From the NCBI RefSeq assembly GCF_000150275.1, contig NW_002060948.1, positions 5,130,336-5,194,335 on the forward strand: a DNA stretch of 64,000 bases, written 5' to 3'. A program made the position numbers and the translations under genes. This DNA comes from Trichoplax adhaerens (taxonomy: Eukaryota > Animalia > Placozoa). Positions 25,701 to 39,472 of this stretch are shown here, piece by piece; within the stretch, counting starts at the first letter, position 1, and each line of letters begins with the position of its first letter. The notes below the pieces were generated by a model, which saw only the letters and a program-made list of their open reading frames with translations, made no database searches and was not told the DNA's origin.

Positions 25701-28700
25701 GCTTTTTCTTTTGCCTTTTTATTCTTACTGACTTTTCGCTTTCTGAGGTAATTCTTAACAATCCTAACCAATTTCAAATGAAGGAATAAAATCTAGTTAT
25801 GAAGATATCTAGCATACCGCATTTACATTTATCTTGATCATAAGCCTTCTTTAGTTCATATAACGACATGACCTGGTGCTTGTAATTAAATGGTTCGAAA
25901 ATTATTAAAATTATTTTTACTTACGGAATTAGAAATTCTTTAGCATTTCCAATCATTTGTTTACCGATCATAATGATGGCTAATTGTTGAGATAACTCAG
26001 GCAAGCAACCAGCTGTTCCACACTGTAGGCAACAATAATAACAATGTAGATCAAGATTAATGATTGTGAATAGTTTGTATGATTTTGATGTAAACTTACA
26101 CTCGCTAATCGAACACCAAACACTTTATTGTAATGGCCAGGATACCCATCAAATCTAGCCGTAATATTGCACATGATAAATAATTTAGTGATTTAATTTA
26201 GTAAAGGCAAATATAGTTCGATCAATGCCTAGAAAGTGTCGAAGTATTATTACAAATGACAACTTAATTATGCTTACCTTCCTTTAAAGAACGCGATATA
26301 AAATATGCTCCCGTAAAAGTTAGCAAATTGAAAGCAAAAGACTTTGAATGTTAATTGATCCTCATATTCAGTTTGGGTGCGATGGAGTTCTAACAGGTGA
26401 ATTAATAAGGCAAATAAAAAAAATCTTTTTAACTTAAACAATACTATATAAAATTGAATGGGTAAATATCGATGTATATGGTAGAAAGTGCCAGTAAACG
26501 AATTAATTTTGGATAATACAATGTTATAAATCAATAAAGAGATTTTTTCAAGTTAAATACCCCAATCAGTGAGCTTGACTGCCAATTTGGTATAAAACTA
26601 AAATAGAAAATAAGGTTGATACAAAATTAAGATTAATCATTACATACTAATATAAATAAAGGTAGAAAAGGGAATATACCCTATTTTTGTAACTGTACAA
26701 TGAAATTGCATTTGTTTGTTTACCGTGCTCAGCAGCATAATTAAGATTAAATTAATGACAGTGCCAGAAATCGACGCAATCATGCTTGCCATGCTACCTA
26801 AGCCTTTGACCGAATGCAACAGTAAGGAGATACCAGCTCGATATACCAAGACCGTAATCAGACAAATGACAACCATGCACAACTATATGCAAAAAGTAAA
26901 ATATTTTATGGATTAAAATTATCCTGAATAAGGATAGGATTTACACTGGAATTTAAAAGCGAGCACTAATTACGGTAAAACTGAAACCCTTCATTTTCAA
27001 GACTTATGATATTCCATAAGTAAAAAAAATAGCTAATTGCTTAAATATTCTTTATCAGTTGAAATAAATAATTTTCGATGTATATATACGGCTTGATCTC
27101 CGAAGAGACCTAAGCAATTAATACTAAAATATGAGATAGAACTTATGTTCTTTAGCTTACCATGACTAGTAGCACTGTAACTCCCGTCAAATAACGTGGA
27201 AGTCGCGTTGATGGCGGCATATAGGGTTCTACCTCATCCGTTATGGGATTATTTCTTTTAGAGGGTGCGAATGCTGAGAATTGAGCCCTAGGACGTTCCT
27301 TATAAACCCAAACAGTTTTACATCGATATTAATATTTAATTAAAAGTGGCATTAGCACTTAATTATTATAGGAAGCAAACTATATGATTCGCAAAAGATT
27401 CATATGTTTAAAAAACTATTGCATAATTTATATGACCTCTTCTTCCTCAAAACCCAACGTATCCCACTGATGAGCTAATGTTACTTCTTTTCGTTTCCAG
27501 AATTCCAGGAAAAATACCGCTATCATAACGTGGTATCATAATATGAAAAATAGAAAATATGATATTTGTTTTTCTGTACAACAGTACCAGAAACTTGGAA
27601 CATTATGATTATAAATTAAAGAATTAATGGCTATTACTCATACCCCAGAAGCAAATAAAGACAGAATAAAAAACAGTGCTTGGATTATCTACTATATAAG
27701 CCAGCTAAAATCATGGAGTAGAAAAGAGATTCAATAACAATGATTTAGTTACACCAAAAGAATTCTTTAATGTGAATTCTTAATAATGTTTACGGTGATA
27801 ATTTAGCACATTCTGAAAATTTTTTTCATTTAAAACATTCTATTGTCTAATATTTTTATTATCGCGTTAAGAAAGTAAAATTTTTATACTTCAGAATATA
27901 TTATATTAAGATAGGGTATAAATATGCATTGTCCTGATCGAAATATGCTTTGATTGTATACCTTCGTTTTCCCACACGCATTCGATAAATTCCAGTATTT
28001 GCAACCAGCTTTGACAGGACATCGTGGGCACATTACCATATGTTTGCCTTCGTTGCATACCTGATGACTAAATATTGTCCAAGTAAGATTTATTTAGAGT
28101 CGATTTAAATGGTAAAATATAATACGATGTTCATTAGTCAATTTGATCCTTAAGATGTTTATGATATTTGCACCTACAGTTGTATCGCTATCACATAAAT
28201 ATTATCAAACGGTATTGCTATCTGAATATAGCTGTCATTAGAGGAATGGTTTCATAAGTAGTCGTATACTGTATGGCAAGCTGATCAAACTAATATTCTC
28301 GTATTACGTGGTATAATAATTGTAGATACTGATACTGCTTGTATATTAAAAATTATTTTTCGGTTTTCTATTGTACATTGCTTACTATTCTAACCTCAAA
28401 TGCATTTACAGAATTATCTATGCGTATAAAGGTTAATGTTATACAATAAATCAATAGTATATCTCATTGAACTTACGCTATTGGATTCTGATTCATTGTT
28501 AATATACTATATATAAAAACTAAAAATCCCATAGTAGCTGCTGGTAGTAACCAAGCTGTATAAAACCCTATAGAAATAGTAAAAAAATTCATATTGTAAC
28601 CGATAACCTGCATAATGACTAGTCCTGTAAGGAATAGTTTGGATTGAGTATTTATACTCTGTGAAAAAATCTAGACTCGAATTAATTAGTATTGTAAGGA

Positions 28701-31700
28701 ATATGCTGAACGTACCTAACCACGCAAAATATATAGCAACTTTTTCGCCGAAATACAATCGAATATTTTCAATTGGTTGATATTTATACCATATACTAAA
28801 TCTTCCCCAATATTTGCGTAATATCTATAAGAATAGGAGAGATTATTTCAGATTATTTAGCAATAAATCGTGTTATAGTTACTGCATTAATTTACTAAAA
28901 ATGCATATATCTATAGTAGCAGTTAATGAGGATAGTAATTTCGATAGTCGATTTATAACTAACATTTCGTGCATTATAATAATCTTCACGGGGCAGTGGA
29001 TTCTTCTGCAGATCAACTTCTTCTATATAGATATTTTTATAGTTTCCCTACAATCAGTACCACAGTCCCCCAAAATTAGCAGTATTATAATTAAAATTTA
29101 TGCATAAATTCGAATCGTAAACTTGATGTAATTGCTATGCTATTTGCATTGTTTGGCCAGCTTGGTCATTACATCTATTATAGTAGTATTGAGCTGACAA
29201 TTATATAAAGAATGTCATATCGTCATTACATCATGTAATGGATAACCAGCAGTGAATATTCCTTCCTGTTCTAAACGATCGATTCCTGTTAAACGTAATT
29301 TATACGATATTTATGATACACTGCAATGTATAATTTATATATAATTACTTCAATTTAATTTATGAAACTACAATTATATATCTATGTATATGTTGTAATA
29401 AAATGGCTAACCAATTTCTCCTCGTCGTTTCGAACCATATGGCATATTTGCTAATATGTGATATGCCTGTGAAAATTAAGTAAGTTATATTATCTAGTTA
29501 TTTCACAATTTTATCAATTTAATTGGAATAACTCAAATATTAATGCTTTGATGACTAATTTAAAGGTTGATGGGTACAAATATAAATCAGGTGAGACTAA
29601 ATCTATGTAATACCACTCGTGATCTTTCGGCAGATGTAAACATTGTTTCAGGATCGCGATGGCCAATAAACCTAACAGCAAGAATGAAATGTTACTTATA
29701 TAATTATAAGTATATTATAAATTTCTTAACTAATATATAACTACCACTTTAACTAAGCAGAATACATACAAGTATACGTAAATCTACTTGTATGAACTTA
29801 TAAGCAATATATTAACCTTGATATAACACAGTTGATAGCAAACACGCAGCGTTAGAATAATTTAAAATATATGGCATATCTGGAATTGAATAACTTACTT
29901 TTGAATTTTACTCTCAGCATATTGAGTTGTAACATAATATTTTGGCTCGTAAGGTAACCGTTGCTTCATAATATTGGGACAACAGAAGCGCCTGAGCTGT
30001 CTTTCTGACCATTGACGTCTAATTTCTTGATTAGTCTGTAAATAAAAGACGAATTTAACAGAATTATCAATATTGTGTATATTGAGGCAATAATCGATTG
30101 TATTTACCTGTAATTTGACACGGCAAAGTAGTTCTTCAGCATGCTTTGAAAATATTGGCCATGGAATATGAACTTTATAAAACATTATCGTAGATTTATC
30201 AGAATGCTTTTGTGCCTAATACGTGAAAAGATGAAGTATTATCGGTTAATAGCATACTCTAAAATTTTCTATTGTATATTATAGGATCAATTTCTCTGAT
30301 TAATGTCCTAGGCATCATCTATTATCTAATATCATATAGTCCATACGTGTATATTTGGAGTATAAACAAATTATAAACATTATCAAGCAGAAATCGATCT
30401 TGTTTACTTCTTCAATTGCTAGGCCATGGCTGATAATATTCTTAATGTATCGACGGCGAAATTTCTCATGAGCAGGATTAGATTTTTGACCAACTACTTT
30501 CTCATATGCAATTACAAAATCTATTTGGATAATATCAAACAAAAACAATTCATTAACATATTTATGTACTGAAATGTCTCGAATTTACCGGATAAGTTGC
30601 GAATTTGATAATACTTCATATCAATTTGAAAATAAGACTCGTAAAATGACTGCCTAGGTGTACATAGAAGTAAGATAGCGCATTCTAAAGTATACTTTGA
30701 AATCAATTGCCAATCTAAACTTCTGCATACCTATTTTCCTTTTTCCATCAGTAAAATACAAAGTTGGATGCTTATATTCGTATTCTGGTGTTACCTCTGG
30801 TTCTGTCATATTAATTGTGATAGCCTAAAAGGGCAATAGTTGTTAGTATATATTATATTATTGATTTTTATTGATTTTTATTTACAATATATTTAAACTA
30901 TAACTGTAACTAAAAAAACTAATATATCCCTAGTTACATGAGAATTATTAACTAACTATGACTTATATGATAGTAGGAATCGATGTAAATAAAACAGATT
31001 AACAATATATTAATACATTACCAATACTATGATATCGATTAATATATATCAATTCTATGCCTACTTATATAGACCTCTGATTTGTAGGCCTATTTTTATT
31101 GTGCCTAACAGCGTATAGGAGTATAATAGAAAATAGATCATTTAAAAAGGCTTTATATTGAGTATTATCTAGAGGGTTAAGGCCTAATAGTATGCAAATT
31201 ACGGAGACAGTTACCATAGAAACTAGAAGGACCACACCGTTTTGGGAATAATGGCTATCGAAATAGGAAGGAGTTGAAAATTGCGGATTCAACAGGTCGT
31301 TTTTAAACGATTAAATGATGGGATGGAATAAGACATCGATCTAATACTTTTGTTAATCGATTGATATATCATTTTACTAGACCAACTAGCTATCTAGTAG
31401 GCTTTTTTGATGATATAGAATATACTAGATGAAGCAAATATTGCTATAAATAACTTATAAGTAAATATACATATATTAAGGGATAGAAATAACGATGTCG
31501 TTGTAACTGTATTGAGAAAATTCGGGGAAATAAGAATAAAAGTGGACACAAGCATTATTAAATATTTAATACTACCGTAAAGATCATTGATTATTTATTA
31601 TAATCTTCCACAAAATTATAGGAAGATATTTGTCTATTGAGAAAATATATTAAAATCAAGTGAGATCAAGGATGGTCATATTCATGTTCGTGACTTAGTT

Positions 31701-33622
31701 GCGAAGTTTATAAATCTATTAGAGCCGTTTACATTAGCCAAGATTATTATTCTACGATTAGTAAGCAAAAGAAGGGCTGTAATGCAAATTAACCATTCAA
31801 CCTTCTTGAAATAAACAAATAACTAACTCTAATTACTAGTTTACAATATCTTTATCCTATGTCGACGCTAAATTCAATTTTGCTGTTGTTGTGAAAATGA
31901 TCGTAAATCCTATTCATTTAATTCAGCAAACAACGTAAGCCAAATAAACTAGCGAAAAGTACCTGTCTTAAAATGAGATCCTGGTAGGAACTGGTAAAAT
32001 TGTACAAGGACGAAAATTAAGCTACTTTGCAGTTAGCTGCTTTTAGAATTTAGTCAATATCAGTTTGATAACTGTTCGTAAGAGCAGCGTATGGAAACTT
32101 TTTTCATCCTTCAATTGACCATTAAAGTAATTAAGAAATACGAATTTACTCCTTCCTTTTTCGCGATTAATTAACGGAAACAATCACTCAATATAGAATT
32201 CATTGATAAATCTCATGAGAATGATGAAAAATAGAATAGATTATTTTATCTTGAAAAGTTCTACAGCTGCCTTGCTTGCGTTGACGATTACTTAAGGTCT
32301 TATTATAGATATTACTAATCGACTTTTACGACATGTCCATGTAATAAATATATCGTGTGACATGTAAATGATCTCAGTTATGAATCTGAAGACATGAATA
32401 AGCTATGTTACGGTGATTTGTGAAAGAAGTAAATCGAGAGAGATGCATCAAATGTACTGAGAAAATGTACAGCATTTTTCTTGGTATAAGCTTGCTCATA
32501 ATTGAATCTTCGTGCTCTTACTTTTAATACTTGCAATTTAATTGGTGATATTAAGAAAGCATTAAGGTTATAAATAGGATGAATCAAACTTCAAGTACCG
32601 GTAGAACAAGCTAATGCTGGCTTATTTAGGTGAAAAAGCGAACCGATATGTTTCATCATTCAAGCTATACTATTGAACTTATCGAGAATAGAAGATGGTA
32701 GAGAAAAGCTAGAATAAGTAGTACGAAGGGAATCTCTGCCTTGTCAATTAATACTGCAGCGTAATCCATATTCCCTACTTTACTTCCCTAGGATATTACG
32801 TTACCCTATCTCTTTTACGATATTATTTCGTAGTTGAACATTAGAAAATTGCTATTTTTTTTCAATAATCTGCCTATTCTGACGATATTATGTTAATCCT
32901 ACATCGGTCAATAACGGTAGGCGCGATTATGTACACAATCTGCCCTTGACAATCACTAATAGCGGCAATATTTAAGTAGCAGCTAGTTGCTGTAAGTAAT
33001 ATTCTGTGAATATCTGACATGGCTGTTTAACTAGAACTTGATCAGCTGATATAGGAGTAGGTATAGTATTATATAATTATCTCTGACCACTTATCAAATT
33101 TCGTTAGGAAAATCTACTAAAGAAATTATTGCTTGGACGAATCCTACGTAACATGGCTAATACTCGAATAAAGTATCGATGTGGATAATTTCTTGCGTTA
33201 ATTAGAGAAAAATTGATAGCGCAATATTTTCTTTACCATGAAATGCGTTGATCAGTAGTTGTAAAGTAAGAGTACGAAATTTAGCAGTCTACAGTTAATA
33301 GATTCAATGTTTTACGTACGGTAAAAAAATGGCAAAGTAAAAGAATATCAGAAGATAATCTCAAAACCGATTAATTGACTAGAGGGATGAATTCTACACT
33401 AAACAATCTCGCAACGAATGAATGTCCTTCTGTTTAAAAATTGCTTTTACCCATTAGCTTTTTGCGATTGATTACTTTAAATCTAGTAAAATAGAATTCC
33501 TTTACCTGTTGGCCCGCTTCCTGTTGGATAGATAAATCGTCGGTTTCATCGTCGGTTGTAGCATTGATCGTTGACTCCTCGGGGTTTTTCTTTTTCTTTT
33601 TAAATAATTTCTTAAACTTCAT
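22732..33622 (-). CDS. Anoctamin/TMEM16 family protein, paralogue B (multi-exon)
   Basis: Exons encode [106 protein letters not shown] and [14 protein letters not shown]. It is colinear with paralogue A and the Ca2+ ligands are intact. Confidence 0.93.
24765..25065. repeat. ~62-bp diverged intronic tandem repeat (~5 copies)
   Basis: The unit atattaatg..ttg..gaaactac....actag.tctagcaaat recurs. Confidence 0.7.
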
Positions 33623-34917
33623 TTTCCCTTCAGTTAATTATTACAATCTACTTATTACTTTTAGAAACTAACAGGCACCAAATGGCAGGTACCGATGAAT
33701 TTGAAGTCAGGTATAATATTCACTTTTCTCTCGTTAATATTTTACGCCTTCTGACAAAGTGGAAACCTTACGATCGCACTACAATCACTCAATAAAACTT
33801 TCTAGCCACCTGTATATGGTTGGTACATCTATTAATAGACCAACCAAAGGATTTCTTAATAGGCATATACGTATAAAATTATTGTAGCGGGCTAGTGTTA
33901 TTTTTTATTCATGTTGTCTATAGAATAAAGACTATAAATTCATTTATAGCATTACTGTCAAGAATAACATTACTAAAATGATCAAATAATAATCTATGCA
34001 TAAAAGGTTGATCTTCATTAAGTAAAACCTAGCCAGCCTGAATGAATCAATACAACGTAATTCAATGCCTTAATTTTCATGACAATGGTTGCTACATTTC
34101 CTAGCTATAGGTTCTCTAACTCCTATTATGACGCAAACTACTTCATTAAAATAATAAACTCGATTGAATATATTTTCTACCTTTGAATTATTAACCTAGT
34201 ATCCTATTGCGACTCGATAAGCTATTTTTGATTATTTTAGCTTTGGAAAACTGAAAAAGATTTGACAGGAGATTAGCCCTATCTTATTATGTATACAAGT
34301 CGTAAGCTATCGTTCCTTTCCTCTTTTATTTATTGACTTATGTTATGGATATCAATTTTAGGCTTTAGGCGAAGTTTTATTTAATTGAATCCTTAGGAAG
34401 TCAAGGTTAATTGAAGAACTGTTGACAAAACAGTGAAGTAATTTATGGCGTTACCATAATTTCCCCTTGGTAATTAATATAATAATCAGCCTATCTGATG
34501 GTTTCTATTGCATTTGAATTTGAAAAACGCTTATTCTATGAAAGCAACTATCTCGTCTTGTGGGAATTTATTCCCATCGGTATTATATTAAAGAGAATAA
34601 CAGTCATATTTATATAAGAATGCACTATTCCCCCTTGAAAATACAAGTACAATAAAATCTACACTACAATTCTTATTGCTAGCTATCCATTCAATTTTGC
34701 TGAATGTCACCTAGCTAAAAGAATCTATTTAACATTTGCCGACATGCAGTAAGCTATCCCATTAGCAAAGGAAGACGCTGTATTTGAAAGTTGAGATAAA
34801 AGGAGTTGATGCAAGGCTATTTAGCTATCATAATTATTAAAATCATGTAAGTTGGCTAAATGATGGTTATATAAACTGAAAATACTGTATCTAATACTAA
34901 TTTACATGGGTTTATAG

Positions 34918-35570
34918 CAGCTATTATGTGATCGGTACGGATTCTTAGGCTTATTTATTTATTAGGCTTTAATTGTATCTATACGTTATATAGGATTTTC
35001 CTAGTATAAATTAGATCCTAAATCGCTGCTCTCTGCGCATAGGCCGTGCATATGAATGAATCGATCTAATTGTCATCATTTTTAATTATAAGTCATTTAT
35101 GAGTGGTACAAAATCATATCATAGACACTATTTCTAAAACGAGGTTACAGCTATTTATACGAGTTCTACTATGAACGAAATAACACATTTCTAATCATTG
35201 TAGTGGCTTAATATTGAAATTATACTAACACTAATAATTATACTGAATAGGTTTAGAGCATCTACTATGCGATCGGTAATGATCGTCACGCTTATTTTGT
35301 TTAGACTGTACTTATATCCACACGTTATATAGGATTTTCTTAATATAAACTATATCCTTAATCGCTGTACTCTACGCATAGACTGTACAGTGTACATATG
35401 AATGAATCGATCTAATTATAATCATTTTTAATCACAAGTCATTTATGTGCATTACAAAATGATATCATGGATGCCATTCTAAAACCAAGTAAAGCTATTT
35501 GTATGAGCTCTGCTATGAACGAAATAACATAATTCTAGTCATTATAACAACTTGATATTAAAATTATACT
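34918..35570. repeat. Diverged ~345-bp tandem duplication
   Basis: cgttatataggattttc...catatgaatgaatcgatctaatt...ctatgaacgaaataaca is present twice. Confidence 0.75.
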
Positions 35571-36289
35571 TTAATGCTATTGAGTTTGCCAAATAGAACA
35601 AAAGGTTGAGTAATAGATATAACATTACTGGTATCAGCTAGTATGAATTTAATCAGAGCCTAATTGTAGTAGGAATATTCTGATTGTGGAACATATTTGG
35701 CCTCCTATTATTATTATTAAGTATGTTTTCAATAAATATATATTAAAAATTAAATTATTTTATGTTAGTAGTTATTATGAGGATAGCCCTGTATGATATA
35801 CCTGATCTACTTATCAATTACTCATGCTATAAACGGGCTATTAATAGTAAATAATTTTAATGGCAAATAGATATTCTCAGACATTTAAATAGTACTGTTG
35901 ATGATCAGCTAGATACATAGGATACAAGAATAAACTAGATCGAACAAGAAGAGTAGCGGCTCTAGATAAAATGCTTTGCTTCTTCTTGATACATAGTTGG
36001 AAGCGAGACATCAAAATTTCTCTCGAGCCCATTGATTAGTATAATAGAAATGGCGGGTTGTTACAACTAATATAACTACTTCATTAATACTAGTACATAC
36101 GAGTAGATTGGAAGATGTAATTTTAACTGACGCTTGTTAGAATAAATTGTAAATAATCAAAAGTTGATTCTTTATTAAAAAGTATGACATACAGTATGTA
36201 ATTTATCAGTACATTTTAACTTTGTTCTTTCTGACATATTTTTAATATCAACAAAATCGAATAACTGATATCGCGATTTATGGAAATGA

Positions 36290-37961
36290 TTATAATAATG
36301 TTTCTTCGGTTCTAAGATATTCGCCGACGTCTGCTTGATGGAATGTCACGATGGATGACGGATCAGCTCGTCTGCACTCCTGCGTCGATTTAGCTGATAC
36401 ACCAAAACCCTTGTAGAGTATTATCGATTAAGGTGAAAGGTAAGTATGTTATACTTTATATTCAAATAGATAAAGCACATAAATATTTCTTTTCAATGTT
36501 ATGCTTTAGCCATAGCAATTACAGTAGTAGACGCATCCTATAGAAATAAGAAATAGTTTATAGGTCTATACTTACTAAAGGAACATCACTCATGGACATA
36601 ACAATCACTCCTTGATATTTGGAGGTACTATCAGTGATTCGTCCTAGATGAGACTTTAAAACATGGTTTCCATAAAGAAAGGATTGCTCGCCATTGGGCT
36701 TAACCCAAACTTTAAACTATATTAATACAAGCAAAATTTCTGATTACTTAAGAGTACATAGTTTAAGCTGTTGTGAGAATAATATTCAGAAGATTCGATA
36801 GGAGAGTCTTTAGCGGAAGTAGACAGATATCAAAACTTACTTGTGCATAAGGAGCTAAATAATCTAAGGCTGTCATATATAACCTAAATTTGCCAGTCTT
36901 TGTAAATTTACCAAAGCACGTACCAAAACTTACTAATTCCTTTCTTGCAAAATTATTTGCTGTGAGCATAATTTTTTCACTGTATAGACAAACCAAGTAG
37001 TAGGTAGTAGTTAGGCTTGTAAACCGTTTAATATACTCGTATAGTTCAATTGATTATGAAAGTGGGTCAAAGCATGGTGAGATTGAAAAATTGAATCAAC
37101 ATTGCTAAAGATATAAGTCGTTTTAGTGACGAGTATACTCGCATTGACACGCATAGTTAGTAATAATAATAGCTAGATCATCCGTTTCAAAAGGGACTCA
37201 GATGAGAACAGCCGTTGATGCAGTCAATACCAGAATTGAAGATAATAATTATAAGTAAAAGCGACAATGCTACCATGCGGACTACTCGAAAAGGTATATA
37301 ATAGAATCAGTACTAACCTGGCATAAAATACACGATCCTTATGCAATCTGAAGCAATAGCTTGCATCAGGTCGATCCAATAAAAGTTTGATATTCTCAGG
37401 AGAAATACTGCAAGGATAAGATGTCATTTATTGATTAGCAAGTAGCGAGAAATAATTGATTGAGCAAGTGGTTTACGAACGAAGTGATGGAAATACGTTA
37501 TAACGATAACAAGGTAAGATTGCATGCTGGATTTAATCAAGCCTATGAGTACTTCCCAGTCGATGAAGGTAAGTTTGAGCTACCCTATTGCAGAGTATTA
37601 TCAACTATGCTGCTAGCACTACTGCTTGCACTTTTGCCGACTAAAATACTGTCCATGACTTGCTAGTGGCAATTTCTACCAGCTGGATATTATCATTTAG
37701 AACAAGTATCTTCAAGGAATAGTCATTACGTTAGCATTGATGATAAAAGTGTTGATCGTTTACGATACTACGAATTCCAGGAAATGATCGAAGATGATGA
37801 AGGATATTGTTAGACTAAAGTCGTTATTGGTCATTCTCATCAGAGCTGGATAGTACAATTCTTGAATTGACTGATGCCTATTTACCATGCTAAATTTCAA
37901 CTTACTATTTTGCTAATTTTTCAAAAAATGTTTTGGTTTCTTCAGCCGTTAGAGGTCTCAT
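36290..37961 (-). CDS. NIP7: 60S ribosome subunit biogenesis protein NIP7
   Basis: Exons 37961-37906, 37407-37318, 36979-36841, 36716-36576 and 36409-36290 give [19 protein letters not shown]...[12 protein letters not shown]...[15 protein letters not shown]...[28 protein letters not shown]...[13 protein letters not shown]...[17 protein letters not shown]. Confidence 0.96.
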
Positions 37962-38510
37962 TTCCGATAAATAACAGCTGGAATGGATAAAAATGGAAAT
38001 GAATCGATATCACAATATTCCCAATCCAGTCTATGACGATTGAAATCAGCTGGAAATGTTGGAAGATGGCTTGCAGTTATGGAAGACTTGTACGAGCTAA
38101 TATTGATATGAAGTGTAAGTGCATGCTTGCCATGCGCTGTGCTATAAAAGTGATTGCAAATTAACTTTTGGAAACTTCCTATTAGTATTAGTATGAGCGC
38201 AAACGATTGATTGGGTACGGAGGCGTGCAACAACTTCCCCTACTGTTCTGTACTATTGGCTCAATCTCGGCCACCTTAGTACAGTACCACTACTATCAGG
38301 CAAGAAAGCCTCTTGTATACAGTACTATACACTGCACACTCACAGTGTACTGTACTGTACAGTACAGTGCACAATCAGTGTACTGTACTGTACAGTACTA
38401 TAAAGTATACTGTACACATATACAGTATACAGTATATATATATGTACTGTATACAGTATATGTATATATATACATATACAGTATACTGTATATATATATA
38501 TATAACTATA

Positions 38511-39170
38511 CTGTAGGCTGATGGAGTAAGGGGTGACATCATTTGAGATACTGTACACTCACAATGTACTGTACTACATGTATATATACAGATACTTAAC
38601 TATACTGTAGGCTGATGGAGTGAGGGGTGACATCAATTGAGATACTGTACACTCACAATGTACTGTACTATATATATATATATATATAGATATAGATATA
38701 GATCTATAGGCTGATGGAGTGAGGGGTGACATCATTTGAGATACTGTACACTCACAATGTACTGTACTATATATATATATAGTTATTAACTATATATATA
38801 CATATACATATATTTAACTATACTGTAGGCTGATGGAGTGAGGGGTGACATCATTTGAGATACTGTACACTCACAATATACTGTACTATATACTGTATAT
38901 ATACTGTACTGTATATATATACAGTATATAGTTATTAACTATATATATACATATATATATATTTAACTATACTGTAGGCTGATGGAGTGAGGGGTGACAT
39001 CATTTGAGATACTGTACACTCACAATGTACTGTACTATATATATATAGTTATTAACTATATATATATGTATTATATATAGAGAGAGAGAGATATAGATAT
39101 AGATATATAGATATATCTATAGGCTGATGGAGTGAGGGGTGACATCATCTGAGATACTGTACACTGTACT
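38511..39170. repeat. Composite minisatellite: 6 conserved ~65-bp cores separated by variable (TA)n-rich spacers
   Basis: The core ct(g/a)taggctgatggagtgaggggtgacatcatttgagatactgtacactcacaatgtactgtacta starts at 38511, 38605, 38704, 38823, 38972 and 39117; the last copy is partial. Confidence 0.92.
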
Positions 39171-39472
39171 GTGCACTTTCAGCGTACTGTACAAACTTCA
39201 ATTTGCTATCTGCTGTCAATAGACCGTTGCTATAGTAACTCAATACACGCATTTTATTTCCATTGAATCCACTGAACAGAATAATGCTGTCTTGTAAACG
39301 ACAACAAATTCTCTTAACAAACTCATACAATTGCATTGAAATAGACAAAAGTTATTACACATAAAATGACTTATTACAAGGGCTTAATACGCGTATCGAC
39401 AGTAGTGTATCGTATGTAGCAGTGAACATAACGTACACATATAGACGAGTGCATTGACTATTGACGGTCTTT

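Noticed and set aside
38207-38558. Tyr/Cys/Thr/Val-rich ORFs here and at 3131-3403 and 61190-61860
   Set aside because: They are translation artefacts of TACAG and (TA)n repeats and are open on both strands.
38511-39170. CRISPR-like repeat-spacer appearance
   Set aside because: The context is eukaryotic, the spacers are low-complexity microsatellite of variable length, the cores are too long and there are no cas genes.
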